Shown here: positions 1 through 11,800 of the stretch, piece by piece | Numbering within the stretch: position 1 is the stretch's first letter | Layout: each line of letters starts with the position of its first letter | Assembly (NCBI GenBank): GCA_965242755.1 | Contig: OZ251500.1 | Span: 2,625,339-2,689,338 of the forward strand | DNA: 64,000 nucleotides | Origin: Dehalococcoidia bacterium | GTDB lineage: Bacteria; Chloroflexota; Dehalococcoidia; Lucifugimonadales; Australimonadaceae | Reading direction: 5' to 3' | Notes under the pieces: generated by a model | Database searches by the model: none | What the model was told of the DNA's origin: nothing | Seen by the model: the letters and a program-made list of their open reading frames with translations, nothing else | Translations under genes and position numbers: made by a program

Positions 1-740
<740 letters not shown>

Positions 741-818
741 CCGCACGGCGCGAGGCCCATCGGCGCGGAGTCGAGAGAGCATGACTCCGCGCCGGCCGCC
801 GCCGCGCCCGCTCCCGTT

Positions 819-3800
819 ATGTCCGTCGCCGAGACTGCGAACTCCGACGCCGCTTATCTCGCGCGTCCATCCGGCGTCTGGGAGGAGTTGGCGTGGCTGC
901 GGTCGCGCCTCGCCGTCGCGCCCCGTTGGGCCGTCGTCCTCCCGCTCATCCTCGTCGTCGCCCTCGCCTTGCGGCTGAACGGCCTCGACTGGGACAACGG
1001 CAACTTCTACCACCCCGACGAGCGGTCGATCTACCTCCGCGCCGATTGCATGCATCGCGTGCTGACCGAGTCGCCCGGTTGGGATTCGTGCCAGAGCAAC
1101 GAATTCCCTCAAGACGAACCTGGATTCCCCAGCATCGGCGCGTTCTTCGACAAAGACGCGAGCCCGCTCAACCCTCATTGGTTTCCGTTGGGTTCGCTCT
1201 TTATCTACCTGCTAGTAGCCGCGCGTTTCCTGCTTGATCCGTTTATGACGCAAGTGCGGTTGGAAGATTTGGCGACGGCGGGACGGACGATCGCCGCGGT
1301 CGCGGACACCGTCTCCGTCGCGCTGCTCTTCTTCCTCGGTCGGCGGTTGTTCGGGACCGGAGCTGGGCTGCTCGCGGCTGGATTTATGACATTCACCGCC
1401 ATCAGCATCCAAGTGACTCATTTCTATCGGCCTGAATCGATCGTGGCGCTTCTTGCTTTGGCGGCGTTTTGGGGCATGCTCAATGTGTTGGAGCGCGGGC
1501 GATTCCGTGACCACGTCGTTCTTGGGCTGATAATCGGCGTGACGTTCGCCTTCAGGGGCAGCAGCATCCCTATACTCGCGCCGGTTGCGCTGACTTACGT
1601 TGCGCTTGCTTGGAGGCAACGCGAACGAGACGGCCTCGAACCGCTTGCCCCGGTCGTCTTTCGCCCCGCCATGCTCGCCTTCGGCGCGGCGTTCCTCGCG
1701 TTCGCCATCCTCCAGCCGTATGCGCTGTTGGACTATACAAAGTATGCGGGAGATTTAGGTTGGGAGACGATGATCGCCCGCACCGCCGGCCTCGTCCCCT
1801 ACACCCTCCAATACGTCGGCGCGCCGCTCACCGGGCTTTACGAATTGCGGCAGACCATCGTCTGGGGGCTGGGGGCGCCTCTCGGGATCGCGGCGTGGGG
1901 AGGGCTCGCCGTCAGCGCCGTCGCCGCGTTCCGCCGTCCCCGCATCGGCGAGTGGCTGCTGCTGTCGTGGGTCGGCGTCTTTCTCATCAGCGTCGTTCCG
2001 CTCTTTGAAGTGAAGTTCCTGCGATACGTCGCGCCGGCGCTTCCCGTGCTGATCTTGCTCGGCAGCCGCTGGCTTGTGGAAGCGCATCAATTCGCGCAGG
2101 CGCGCCGCCGGGCGCTCGGCTACGCGGCGGGCGCGCTCATCGCCGTCATCCTCGCCGCGACCGCTTTCTACGCGCTCGCCTTCGTCGGCATCTACCGCCA
2201 CGACCACCCCGGCCAGCAGGCGTCCGATTGGATGAACGCGAACGTTCCCGCCGGCGCCGTCGTGCTCACCGACAACCATTGGGACGAAGGATTCCCCAAC
2301 CTCGGCAAGTTCAACGTCGAGCAACTCCCAATGTACGAGCCGGACACGACGGGCAAGGTACGCGACGTCGCGGAGCGGATCGCCAACGCCGACTACATCA
2401 TGGCCTACAGCAACCGAACCTGGGGCAGCATCGCCCGCGTCCCCGACCGCTATCCCTACAGCGCGGCCTACTACCGCGCGCTCTTCTCCGGCGAGTTGGG
2501 CTACGAACTCGCGCAGGGGTTCACGCGCTACCCGACCTTGTTCGGCGTGACGTTCGTCCACGACCCCTTCACGCGAGCGGGCGTCGCGCGCCCCGCCTCG
2601 ATCCCCGGCGTGGAGACGGGGCCCATCGCTCTGGACCTCGGCTACGCCGACGAGAACGTCGTCAACTACGATCGTCCGCTCACGCTCGTCTGGCGGAACG
2701 CGGAGCGGCTGAGCGCGGAGGCGATCAGCGACCTTATGCTTGCGGCGGACGTCGTCCCTCCGCCTGAGCGCGCCCTTATGAGCGACGCCCAACGCGCGGC
2801 GCAGCGGGCGGGCGGAACGTGGACGGACGTCTTCTCGGAATCCGGCCCGAGCACATGGGCGCCATGGCTCGTCTGGCTGATCGCCATAGAGGTTATCTTC
2901 CTCGCCGCTCTGCCCCTCGCGGCCCGATTGATGCGGCGGCTTCCCGATAGGGGCGTCGTTTTGGCCAAGCCGCTCGGGCTGCTGCTCGTCGCGTGGCTGG
3001 TATGGATGGGCGCGAGCGCGGGTTTGTGGACATTCTCTCGATGGAGCGTCGCGCTCGCCGTTCTGCTGGTCGCGGCGGCGTCCGGGGTCGTCTTGCTTCG
3101 CAACCGCTCGCTCATTCCAATGGCGAGGCGCCATTGGCGCGCCATCGCGACCGTCGAGGCGCTCTTCATCGGCGCCTACCTCGCGTTCACGCTGATCCGC
3201 GCCGCGAACCCCGACCTCTGGCATCCGTGGCGCGGCGGCGAGAAGCCGATGGACCTCGCCTACCTCACAGCCGTCGTGAAATCGTCCGTGTTTCCGCCGT
3301 TCGATCCGTGGTACGCGGGCGGATTCATCAACTACTACTACTTCGGATTCGTTCCCATCGCGGCGCTGATCCGCCTCACCGGCATCGCGCCGGAGGTCGC
3401 CTACAACCTCGCCGTGCCCCTGCTCTTCGCGCTCACGTTCGCGGGCGCGTTCAGCGTCGCCTACAACCTCGCGGAGTCCCTCCGACGGCGGAGCAAACTC
3501 GACGCGCCCCCGTGGAGCGCCGCCGGCGCGGGAATCGCCGCCGCCCTTCTTGTCGCCCTGCTCGCCAACCTCGACGGCGCGGCGCAACTGCTGCAAGGCG
3601 CGTGGCGCAGTCTTGGAGGCGAGCATTTCGGACAGTTCGACTTCTGGCGCAGCAGCCGCATCCTGTCGCACCCAGGCGAGTGGGCGAGCGTTACGGAGTT
3701 TCCCTTTTGGACGTTCCTCTTCGGCGACCTCCACGCGCATATGATTTCGCTGCCGTTCCAGATGCTCGCCGTCGGGCTTGCGGTCAATGTCGTTCTGAGC

Positions 3801-5192
3801 GCGCGGAAGTCGCTCCCGTTGGTGCGCCTGCTCCCCGCGCTGGCCGCGCTCGGGTTCGTCGTTGGGGCGTTCGCCGCCGTCAACACGTGGGACGTTCCGG
3901 CTTACGCCTTCCTGAGCCTCGCCGCAATCGCCGTCGCGCTGCTCGTTCGGGGCGGCCCGCCGGAGCCGGTGACGATTGCGAAGGGATTGCTCGCTGCCGC
4001 ATTCTTCTGGGCCGTTCTCTACGCCGCGTGGCTGCCCTTCCATCTGAATTTCGAGGCCGCCTCGTCCGGCGTGACGATGAGTCAGTGGCGGACGGCCCTC
4101 TGGCGCTACGCCGCGATGCACGCGCTGCTCCTCTTCGCCGCCGTCTCGTGGCTCGCGGTCGAGGCGCGGCGCCTCTTCCTCGACGGCGCGGAGAGGCGCG
4201 CGCTAACCGCCGCCGTTGCGCTGCCCGCAATCGCGCTCGCCCTCTTCCTGAGCGTGGACGCGCTCCGGCAATGGACGACGGCGGCCGTCCTCGCGGCGCT
4301 CATCGCGGCGGCGATGGCGGTCGGAGCCGTTCGCCTCGCCCGGCGGAGCGAAGCCGACGCGCCGCCGCATCTGCTGCTGCTCGCCGCTCTCATCGTCGCG
4401 CTCGGCGTCGGCGTCGGCGTTGAGTTCCTGACGCTCGAGAACGACATAGACAGGATGAACACCGTTTTCAAACTCTACCTGAACGCATGGGCGCTCTTCG
4501 GCATCGTCGGAGGCGTCGGGCTGTGGCATCTCTGGGCGACGAAGGCGATTCCTTTCGGAACGCGGAGCGGTAGGGTATGGCTCGGCGCGCTTGCGCTGCT
4601 TGCGCTTGCGAGCGCCGTGTACCCCTTGCTGGGGACGCGCGCGCGGCTTGCCGACCGGTTCGATACAGGCGTCGGCGTCACGTTGGACGGGCGCGCCTAT
4701 CAGCGGTCCGCCGTCTACGGCGACCCCGGCGACCCGGACAGGGGCGCGCCGGGCGCGGAGTACGCGCTGCGGCATGACGCGGAGGCGTTGGATTTCATCC
4801 GCGCCAACATTGACGGGTCGCCCGTGTTCTTGGAGGGCGTCGTTTCCCACGCCTACCGCTGGCAACCCCGCGCGCCCCAATACGCCGGCCTGCCCGTCGT
4901 CGTCGGATGGCAATGGCACCAGATCCAGCAGCGCGGCATCGGCGGCGCGGAGCCGCAGGCCGTCCAGTCCCGCATAGCCGACGTTCGCCTAATGTACGAG
5001 ACGGAAGACACCGCGCTGTTCCTCGATCTGGCGCGAGAATACCGGGTCGAGTACGTCTACCTCGGCCCCACGGAGCGGGTGTACTTCCCCGGCCCCGGCC
5101 TCGACAAGTTCGCCGAAATGACCGGCGCGTCGCTGGATGTTTTCTTTGCAAACGAGGAGGTGACGATCTACCGCATACTGGGCGCGGGGTGA
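819..5192 (+). CDS. Large polytopic membrane protein, DUF2298 / Chlor_Arch_YYY-domain family (GT39/ArnT-like N-terminal region)
   Basis: 1457-aa ORF with many hydrophobic segments. Has the signature FINYYYFGF (YYY motif) and a C-terminal soluble domain. Coding-like GC3 bias. Confidence 0.8.
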   Translation: MSVAETANSDAAYLARPSGVWEELAWLRSRLAVAPRWAVVLPLILVVALALRLNGLDWDNGNFYHPDERSIYLRADCMHRVLTESPGWDSCQSNEFPQDEPGFPSIGAFFDKDASPLNPHWFPLGSLFIYLLVAARFLLDPFMTQVRLEDLATAGRTIAAVADTVSVALLFFLGRRLFGTGAGLLAAGFMTFTAISIQVTHFYRPESIVALLALAAFWGMLNVLERGRFRDHVVLGLIIGVTFAFRGSSIPILAPVALTYVALAWRQRERDGLEPLAPVVFRPAMLAFGAAFLAFAILQPYALLDYTKYAGDLGWETMIARTAGLVPYTLQYVGAPLTGLYELRQTIVWGLGAPLGIAAWGGLAVSAVAAFRRPRIGEWLLLSWVGVFLISVVPLFEVKFLRYVAPALPVLILLGSRWLVEAHQFAQARRRALGYAAGALIAVILAATAFYALAFVGIYRHDHPGQQASDWMNANVPAGAVVLTDNHWDEGFPNLGKFNVEQLPMYEPDTTGKVRDVAERIANADYIMAYSNRTWGSIARVPDRYPYSAAYYRALFSGELGYELAQGFTRYPTLFGVTFVHDPFTRAGVARPASIPGVETGPIALDLGYADENVVNYDRPLTLVWRNAERLSAEAISDLMLAADVVPPPERALMSDAQRAAQRAGGTWTDVFSESGPSTWAPWLVWLIAIEVIFLAALPLAARLMRRLPDRGVVLAKPLGLLLVAWLVWMGASAGLWTFSRWSVALAVLLVAAASGVVLLRNRSLIPMARRHWRAIATVEALFIGAYLAFTLIRAANPDLWHPWRGGEKPMDLAYLTAVVKSSVFPPFDPWYAGGFINYYYFGFVPIAALIRLTGIAPEVAYNLAVPLLFALTFAGAFSVAYNLAESLRRRSKLDAPPWSAAGAGIAAALLVALLANLDGAAQLLQGAWRSLGGEHFGQFDFWRSSRILSHPGEWASVTEFPFWTFLFGDLHAHMISLPFQMLAVGLAVNVVLSARKSLPLVRLLPALAALGFVVGAFAAVNTWDVPAYAFLSLAAIAVALLVRGGPPEPVTIAKGLLAAAFFWAVLYAAWLPFHLNFEAASSGVTMSQWRTALWRYAAMHALLLFAAVSWLAVEARRLFLDGAERRALTAAVALPAIALALFLSVDALRQWTTAAVLAALIAAAMAVGAVRLARRSEADAPPHLLLLAALIVALGVGVGVEFLTLENDIDRMNTVFKLYLNAWALFGIVGGVGLWHLWATKAIPFGTRSGRVWLGALALLALASAVYPLLGTRARLADRFDTGVGVTLDGRAYQRSAVYGDPGDPDRGAPGAEYALRHDAEALDFIRANIDGSPVFLEGVVSHAYRWQPRAPQYAGLPVVVGWQWHQIQQRGIGGAEPQAVQSRIADVRLMYETEDTALFLDLAREYRVEYVYLGPTERVYFPGPGLDKFAEMTGASLDVFFANEEVTIYRILGAG

Positions 5193-5317
5193 GGCGGGGG
5201 AACCAGAAGGGCGGCGGCGTTCGCCGCGGCGGTGGTCGGCGGGCCCCGCTCCCTCCTAACGCAAGCGCTTCGCACTGACTGCGAATCGGGAACTTACCAG
5301 GGCATGAGAAGCCCCGG

Positions 5318-5878
5318 CTACTCGCCGAGGCGGAACGGCGGGTACTCGTCCGTCGCGAGGATGAGCATATACGCCTGCACGCGGAGCGACCAGCGCGCCA
5401 CGCCCACGACGAAGTCGAACATCCCCTGCGGGTATTTCCCGGTGAAGAGTATGGCCAGCCACGCGACGACGGTGACCGCGACACCCAAGGTTCCCAGAAC
5501 CGCGAGTAGGACGTAGTGAGGGAGCGCCAGCAGCCACTTGATCAGCGGCATGAAATTGTTGAGCCGTCCGGGGTATTCCACGTTGAGGTGAACGGCCTGC
5601 TCCTCGTCCGTCGACGGGTACTCGTCGCGCAAGAGCAGCAAGTAGGCGTTGACCCGGGCGTCGAATCGGAGCCACTCGACGTTGAAGTCGAACCACCAGC
5701 GCGGGTACTTGCCCCGGAAGAGGACCATCAGGAGCGTAGGGGCGACGATCAACTGGAGCGCCGTGACCAGCGCGGCGACCACGACGATGATCGGAATCGC
5801 CAGCGCCGGACGGAACAACGCGGTGAGCCTGTTGCGTCCGCCGCCCGGGTAGTCAACGTTCAGCGTAACGGGATGCAT
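5318..5878 (-). CDS. DUF4389 domain membrane protein (internally duplicated)
   Basis: Two repeats of the pattern (G)KYPxxxFDFxxxxxRxxxRVxAYxxLxxDEYPP(F/S) with TM helices between them. This is typical of DUF4389. Confidence 0.7.
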   Translation of the reverse strand: MHPVTLNVDYPGGGRNRLTALFRPALAIPIIVVVAALVTALQLIVAPTLLMVLFRGKYPRWWFDFNVEWLRFDARVNAYLLLLRDEYPSTDEEQAVHLNVEYPGRLNNFMPLIKWLLALPHYVLLAVLGTLGVAVTVVAWLAILFTGKYPQGMFDFVVGVARWSLRVQAYMLILATDEYPPFRLGE

Positions 5879-5988
5879 AGCGCAGCCTCCTGATGCTCGC
5901 CCCGCTCGGCGCGGCGGGAATCATAGCGCCCTTTGTCCGGCGCGATGCGGTCTAGGGGCGCCTGCGCGCGAGGCGCTAGAATCGCCCT

Positions 5989-6606
5989 ATGGGACGCTTC
6001 ACGCTGCTCATCGCCACGAACAACGCGCACAAGGCCGCCGAGTTCCGCAGGCTCCTCGCAGGCGCCGACGCCGACCTCGTCACGCCCGATGAGGCAGGCG
6101 TCGCGCTGGAGGTTCCCGAGACGGGCGCGACGTTCGCGGAGAACGCCCGCATCAAGGCGCGCGCCTTCCGCGACGCGAGCGGCCTCCCGTCGCTCGCCGA
6201 CGACTCCGGCGTCGCCGTGGACGCGCTCGGCGGACGCCCCGGCGTCCGCTCCGCCCGCTACGGCGGCGACGGGCTGGACGACGCGGGCCGCGTCCGCTTG
6301 CTGCTTTCGGAAATGGCCGGCGTCCCCGATAGCGGGCGCGCCTGCCGCTTTCACGCCGTCCTCGCGTTCGCCGCGCCCGATGGAAGCGAGGAAATGGCGG
6401 AGGGCGTCTGCGAAGGGCGCCTCGCGCGGGAGCCGTCCGGCGTCAACGGCTTCGGCTACGACCCCGTCTTCATTCTTCCCGAATTCGGGAGGACGATGGC
6501 TGAACTCGCGCCGCAGGAGAAGGACTCGGTGAGCCATCGGGGACAGGCGGCGCGGCGGATTCTCCCTCTGCTCCGCGCCGGCGACCCCGCGCAGGCCGCG
6601 CGATGA
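5989..6606 (+). CDS. rdgB: Non-canonical purine NTP pyrophosphatase (RdgB/HAM1 family)
   Basis: LLIATNNAHKAAEF..., SLADDSGVAVDALGGRPGVRSARY, GFGYDPVFILPEFGRTMAEL..EKDSVSHRGQA. Stop overlaps the moaA start (ATGA). Confidence 0.9.
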   Translation: MGRFTLLIATNNAHKAAEFRRLLAGADADLVTPDEAGVALEVPETGATFAENARIKARAFRDASGLPSLADDSGVAVDALGGRPGVRSARYGGDGLDDAGRVRLLLSEMAGVPDSGRACRFHAVLAFAAPDGSEEMAEGVCEGRLAREPSGVNGFGYDPVFILPEFGRTMAELAPQEKDSVSHRGQAARRILPLLRAGDPAQAAR

Positions 6607-7643
6607 CGACGCAAGCGCAGGCGCCGCCGACCGCGAAAATCGCCGACGCGCTCGGCAGGCCGATCCGCGACCTGCGGATCTCTGTGACCGACCGCTGCAA
6701 CTTCCGTTGCGGGTACTGCATGCCCGCCGAAGTCTACGGCGAGCGCTACCATTTCCTGCCCCGCGAGGCCATCCTCTCCTACGAGGAGATCGCCCGCCTC
6801 GCGCGCCTGTTCGTTGACTTGGGAGTGACGAAACTCCGCATCACCGGCGGCGAGCCGCTCGTCCGGCAGGATGTCCATCTGCTCGCCGCGCTCCTTGCGG
6901 AAATCCCCGGCGTGGACGACCTCACGCTCACCACCAACGGCCACCTGCTCGCCGACCAGGCCGCCGCGCTCCGCGACGCCGGACTGCGCCGCATCACGAT
7001 CAGCCTCGACTCGCTGGATCCGGACGTGTTCGGCAGGATGAACGGCAAAGGCTACGGCCCCGAGTCGGTTTTGGAGGGCATCGCGGCCGCCGAGCGCGCA
7101 GGGTTCGCCCCTATCAAGATCAACGCCGTCATTGAGCGCGGCGTCAACGATCAGGGCGCGCTCGATCTCGTCCGCAGATTCAAGGGAACCGGCCACGTCC
7201 TGCGATTCATCGAATATATGGACGTGGGGAACGTCAACGGCTGGCGCAGAGACCAGGTCGTGCCGTCCGCCGAACTCGCGGAGCGCGTCAACGCCGTCTT
7301 TCCCATCGAGCCCGTCGCGCCGAACTATAGAGGCGAGGTCGCAGAACGATGGCGGTTCCTTGACGGCGACGGGGAGATCGGCTTCGTGTCGTCTGTGACG
7401 CAGCCCTTCTGCCGCGACTGCAACCGCGCCCGCCTCACGCCGCAGGGCGAGTTCGCGACGTGCCTCTTCGCATCGGGCGGAACCGACCTCAAGGGGCCGA
7501 TGCGCTCCGGCGAGAGCGACGCCGAACTCCGCGACCGCATCGCCGCCGTCTGGCGCGCCCGCACCGACCGCTACTCCGAATTGCGCGCCTCCGCCCGCCC
7601 GGACGGACGGCGCAAGATCGAAATGTTCCAGGTGGGAGGCTAA
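6603..7643 (+). CDS. moaA: GTP 3',8-cyclase (radical SAM, molybdenum cofactor biosynthesis protein A)
   Basis: CNFRCGYCMP radical-SAM cluster motif. C-terminal second-cluster cysteines (FCRDCNRARLTPQG). Full length of 346 aa. Confidence 0.95.
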   Translation: MTTQAQAPPTAKIADALGRPIRDLRISVTDRCNFRCGYCMPAEVYGERYHFLPREAILSYEEIARLARLFVDLGVTKLRITGGEPLVRQDVHLLAALLAEIPGVDDLTLTTNGHLLADQAAALRDAGLRRITISLDSLDPDVFGRMNGKGYGPESVLEGIAAAERAGFAPIKINAVIERGVNDQGALDLVRRFKGTGHVLRFIEYMDVGNVNGWRRDQVVPSAELAERVNAVFPIEPVAPNYRGEVAERWRFLDGDGEIGFVSSVTQPFCRDCNRARLTPQGEFATCLFASGGTDLKGPMRSGESDAELRDRIAAVWRARTDRYSELRASARPDGRRKIEMFQVGG

Positions 7644-7649
7644 CCCCCA

Positions 7650-8795
7650 ATGCCGGCGACCTACGAGATCCACACCGACGGCTCCTGTCTGCTCAATCCC
7701 GGCCCCGGCGGATGGGGCGCGGTCATCGCCGGCGAAGGCGGCGCGACGTCCAAACTCTCCGGCGGCGAACGCTCCACCACGAACAACCGCATGGAGATCG
7801 TCGCCGTGATCGAGGCGCTCGAGTCCATCCCGCAGGGCGCGTCCGCCGTCGTCCACTCCGACAGCGAGTACGTCGTCAAGACGATGACGAAGGGCTGGAA
7901 GCGCAACGCGAACAAGGATCTGTGGGAGCGTCTGGAGCGCGCCGCCGCCGCGCGAAACGTCGAGTTCCGCTGGGTGCGCGGCCACGCCGGGAACAAGGGC
8001 AACGAGATGGCGGATCGCCTCGCCGTCAACGCGATGAAAGACATCGAGCGCGGCAAAATTCCCTCCGGCGGACGCAGCGTCGAAAACGCCCCGCCCCCCC
8101 ATCAAGCCGCGGCCTCTCCTCCCCCCGCGCCGTCCCCGAACAGGCGCGAACCCGACAGCGCTCCGCGCCCCTCGACTCCCGCGAACTCCGCGTCCCATAC
8201 GCGCCTGCGCGAACCCGATAGCGCTCCGCGTCCCGCGCCGGGCCGGACGTCGGCGCCGCCCGCAAACTCCACGCCTCCCTCCGCGCCGTCCGCGAATGCG
8301 GCTTCGGAGGGAGACGGCGCCGCGCTCACGCACATCGACGCGCAGGGCTCCGCGCGAATGGTGGACGTCGGCGGCAAGCCCTATTCGGCGCGGATGGCGA
8401 CGGCGACCGGCGAGATCTCGATGCGGCCTGCAACGCTCGCCCTCATCCTTGACGGCCAAATTCCGAAGGGCGACGTCTTCACCGTCGCCCGCATCGCCGG
8501 GATCAACGCGGCCAAGCGCGCATGGGAGACGATCCCGCTCGCGCACCAGATTCCGCTCTCGTCCGTCTCCGTGGATTTCGACGCCGACGCGCCGCGCGGC
8601 CGCCTGGCGATCACGGCGGAGGCGCGCACGACCGCCCAAACGGGCGTCGAGATGGAGGCGCTGACGGCGGTCTTGGCCGCCGCGCTGACGGTCTACGATA
8701 TGTGCAAAGCCGTTGACCTCGAGATGGTCATCGGCAACGCGCGCCTCATCCGCAAGACAGGCGGAACGCGCGGCGACTACGAGGCGCAAGGGTAG
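7650..8795 (+). CDS. moaC: Fusion protein: N-terminal RNase HI domain, Pro/Ala/Ser-rich linker, C-terminal cyclic pyranopterin monophosphate synthase (MoaC) domain
   Basis: aa 1-~135 match RNase HI (IHTDGSC..NPGPGGWG, TNNRMEI, HSDSEYV, WVRGHAGNKGNEMADRLA). aa ~225-381 match MoaC (LTHID..GSARMVDVGGK, TAQTGVEMEALTAV, VYDMCKA). It is a single uninterrupted ORF. The linker carries a 63-bp direct repeat (REPDSAPRP twice). Confidence 0.8.
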   Translation: MPATYEIHTDGSCLLNPGPGGWGAVIAGEGGATSKLSGGERSTTNNRMEIVAVIEALESIPQGASAVVHSDSEYVVKTMTKGWKRNANKDLWERLERAAAARNVEFRWVRGHAGNKGNEMADRLAVNAMKDIERGKIPSGGRSVENAPPPHQAAASPPPAPSPNRREPDSAPRPSTPANSASHTRLREPDSAPRPAPGRTSAPPANSTPPSAPSANAASEGDGAALTHIDAQGSARMVDVGGKPYSARMATATGEISMRPATLALILDGQIPKGDVFTVARIAGINAAKRAWETIPLAHQIPLSSVSVDFDADAPRGRLAITAEARTTAQTGVEMEALTAVLAAALTVYDMCKAVDLEMVIGNARLIRKTGGTRGDYEAQG

Positions 8796-8818
8796 GCGCG
8801 GGGCGCCCGCCCTCGCGG

Positions 8819-11800
8819 TCAGCGGTCGCTGCGGCGCTCGCTGCGCTCCGTTACGACGAGGGCGCCATGCGCGTCGCGGGCTTCGTCGAACACGACGCGG
8901 CTCTTCTTGCCGCCGTGAATTTGCGGCTCCCGCGCCAGTTTGCGGCGCAGCACGTCCACAGGGCCGTTCTCATCGCACAGCGATTCCGGCAAGCCCAACA
9001 CGTCCACGAGCAGGCGGCGGTCGAGTTCCGCGCGCGCCGGGTCCTCGTCGATCTGATCGAAGGGGAGGAACCGCAGACCGCGCATCGCATCGAACGCGGA
9101 CTTGGCGGCGGCATGCTGCTCGTCCGTGAGCGCGCGCGTATCCAGCGACGGAATGTTGGGAATGCCGGTCACCGTCGTTCGCCCCCGCCCCGATTGCGTC
9201 TTGTTGGCCGTCCACCAGTGCAGCAGCAGGCCGAGCGTCGAGTTGCACCAGAGTGCGAAGGCGTATTCGTGCTCAGGGTTCTCGAAGATGACGGACGGCC
9301 AGGCAACGCCCCCGATGCAGGGGCGCTCCGTCATCGCCGCGATAAGCGATTGCGCGTTGAACTGGAAGTCGAGGTTGTAGTGGGCTCGAGCGGCAGTCGC
9401 CTGGATCCGCTCCGCTTCCTCCGTCGTCCTGGGTTCTCCTTGCGAATCCGGCGGGATAACGAGCGTTCGTTCACTCGTATTGTCGTGATTCCACAAGATG
9501 GGATAGGTGGGGACGGCGCCCGCTTGGAGTTTCCGCACAACGAAAGCGCCGCGCGACGCCGACGTGGGACTCCCAACCAAGCGATGAACCGGCCCCGACC
9601 GCGCGATGTTTCTTAGCGGCGTGATGGGCAACGCCGTCTTGGGCGTGGCGGGACGCCCGATATGGGGAAGGGCGCCGCGCGAGAGATGCCATGCGGCTTG
9701 CGCCAGATCGCCGTCGGCGACGCCAACGAGCGGCCATGGGCCGGTTTGGGGAAGGGGAGCATCGGCGGCGATTCCGTAGAAGTTCGCCGTTCGCGGACGC
9801 GCTCCAATAGTGACGACGGATAGGCCGAGGTCGCCCTCCAACGCGCGCAACTCGCCGGATTCGCGGATGCGGAGAATCTCGCTTGCGAGCAACTCCGCCT
9901 CCGCCGCGGACCTCACCTGGCGGCGCAGCGCAATGAACGTTCCCCGCGGCTCCGCCGCCGGCGTTCCCTTCCGCGCCACCACCAAGCATTCCGCCATGCC
10001 CGTGTCGGCGGAGAAGGATCGGTCGAACGACCCCGCCCCTGAGATGGTCACGACGATGATGTCCGTGTAGCGTTCGCGCCATTGGGAGCGAACGCTCTCC
10101 CACGACCCTCCGCTCATTGCGCTGAGCGGGAGCACGAGGGCTATCGCTCCGTCGGGGCGCGCCTTGCGCTCCGCTAGTTCCACGAAATGCGACGCCAACC
10201 CCGCGTAGTCGTTGGACGGGCTGTCCTCGGTGAGCATCTTCACCGCGTCCGACATCGCCCTCTGATCCTCCGGGCTCGTCTCGAACGCCGCGTAGGCGGG
10301 ATTCGGGACGTTCGCGTGCGCCGCCTCGTGGTTGGTTGGGCGCGTGAACGGAGGATTCATAATCACGAGGTCGAACTTCCCGTGCCCCACCCGCGACACG
10401 AGGTCGCGCACCTCCTCCGGCGCCCGCCCGCCCGACGTGACCGCCGCCGCGTGCCCGAGCAGCCCCGCCTGCACGTCTCCCCGAAGCAAGTCGAGCGAGC
10501 CGACAGTCACCGTCTCTTTCGGCTTGCCGTTCCCATTCCCGCCGTTCCTCCCGTTCCCGTTCCTCTTGCCGTTGCCGTTCGACCGCAGGTAGCGTTCGCC
10601 GTAAGGCATAGTGAGGAGACACTCGCCGTCGAACGGCGTGTCCGGGTGGCTGCCGGCGAGCATCGCGGCGGTGAGGTGCACGTTGATGTTCAGCACGTCC
10701 AGTCCGACGAGGCCGTGCTTCATCATCGGCGCGTGCAGCGCGGCCGGGTCGCCCCCGTGGAGTTCGTGGAGCAGCGAGAGGCGCTGATACGCGGCGGAGA
10801 GGAGCGTCCCCGTCCCGCATGCGAAGTCGCCGACTTGGAGGCTCGCCAGCGTCTCCGCGTCGCCCCAATCGGCGCCGCCTGGGGCGCGGGCAGCGGGGAG
10901 CGCAAGCCCGGCGAGCAGGGCGGCGGCCTCAGGGCGCGTGTAGAAGGTCGCGAGGAACTTGCGGTCGGCGATGAGCCGCTGAAACACGATGCCGGTGAGG
11001 TCGTGCGAGCGCGTCACGCCGCCGACGATCAGCGAGAGCGCGGCGCCCCATAGCGCCGCGAGCGCGCCCGCCGCCGTCGCCGGGGGCATCCGCCGCAGCA
11101 TCTCCTTCGCCGTCCAGAAGATCGGCCAGTAGTTGACCGCGAGGATGCGCTCCCACTCCGCGCAAAGTTCCTCCGGGTCAAACGTCTCGCTCCGAACGCC
11201 CTGCAGCAACGCGGGCATCCGAACGGAGCGCGTAGGCCCGCCCGGCTCGTCCGCCACCTGAAACTCCGCCGCCGCAAGCGCGCTATGGAAAATGAGCGCA
11301 TTCATCAGCACCGTCATCGCCATCCGCCGCGTCTGCCCTGCCGCGTCGTCGTACTGCCCCAGGATCCGCGCTATGTCCGCCCCAAGTTCGCCGCCGTAGC
11401 GATGCCGCCGCGTGAACGCGTCCGCCGCGGCCTCAACGCCTTGCTCAAACGCTTGCGCGAGCGCCTCGACGCGGGGCGCGGGCGCCGCCGCCCGATGCGT
11501 CAGCATCGCCAAGTCCCGCACGCTCCCCCGCACCCAGCCGTCCTCCGGCAGCCGCTCCGGCGGCTCCGCCGCGCGCCGCGTGTAGAGCGCGTACTCCAGC
11601 GCGTCCGTCCGGTCAAGCGCATCCCGCAAGCGCGCCCCGTCGAGATACGTGAGGTCGTCCGGGTAGACGAGCGCAATGGCCGTCTCGATGACGAAATCCC
11701 TGCCGGACACTTTGCGCCCGAGCCGGGCTATCGCGTCGCGCTCGGCGCTCGCGTGGTCGGCGCGCTCGGCCTCGATGACGACGGGCCAGCCGCTCGCGTC

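Noticed and set aside
1755-4121. Very long antisense or alternative-frame ORFs. Examples: 1755-4121(-), 6456-8789(-), 25144-27087(+), 25196-26893(-), 29673-31208(+), 42111-44183(-), 47273-49399(+), 54543-55391(-), 55512-57353(-).
   Set aside because: They overlap genes with clear family motifs on the other strand or frame. Their translations are Arg/Ala/Gly/Pro-rich low-complexity strings typical of stop-codon-poor shadow frames in ~70% GC DNA.
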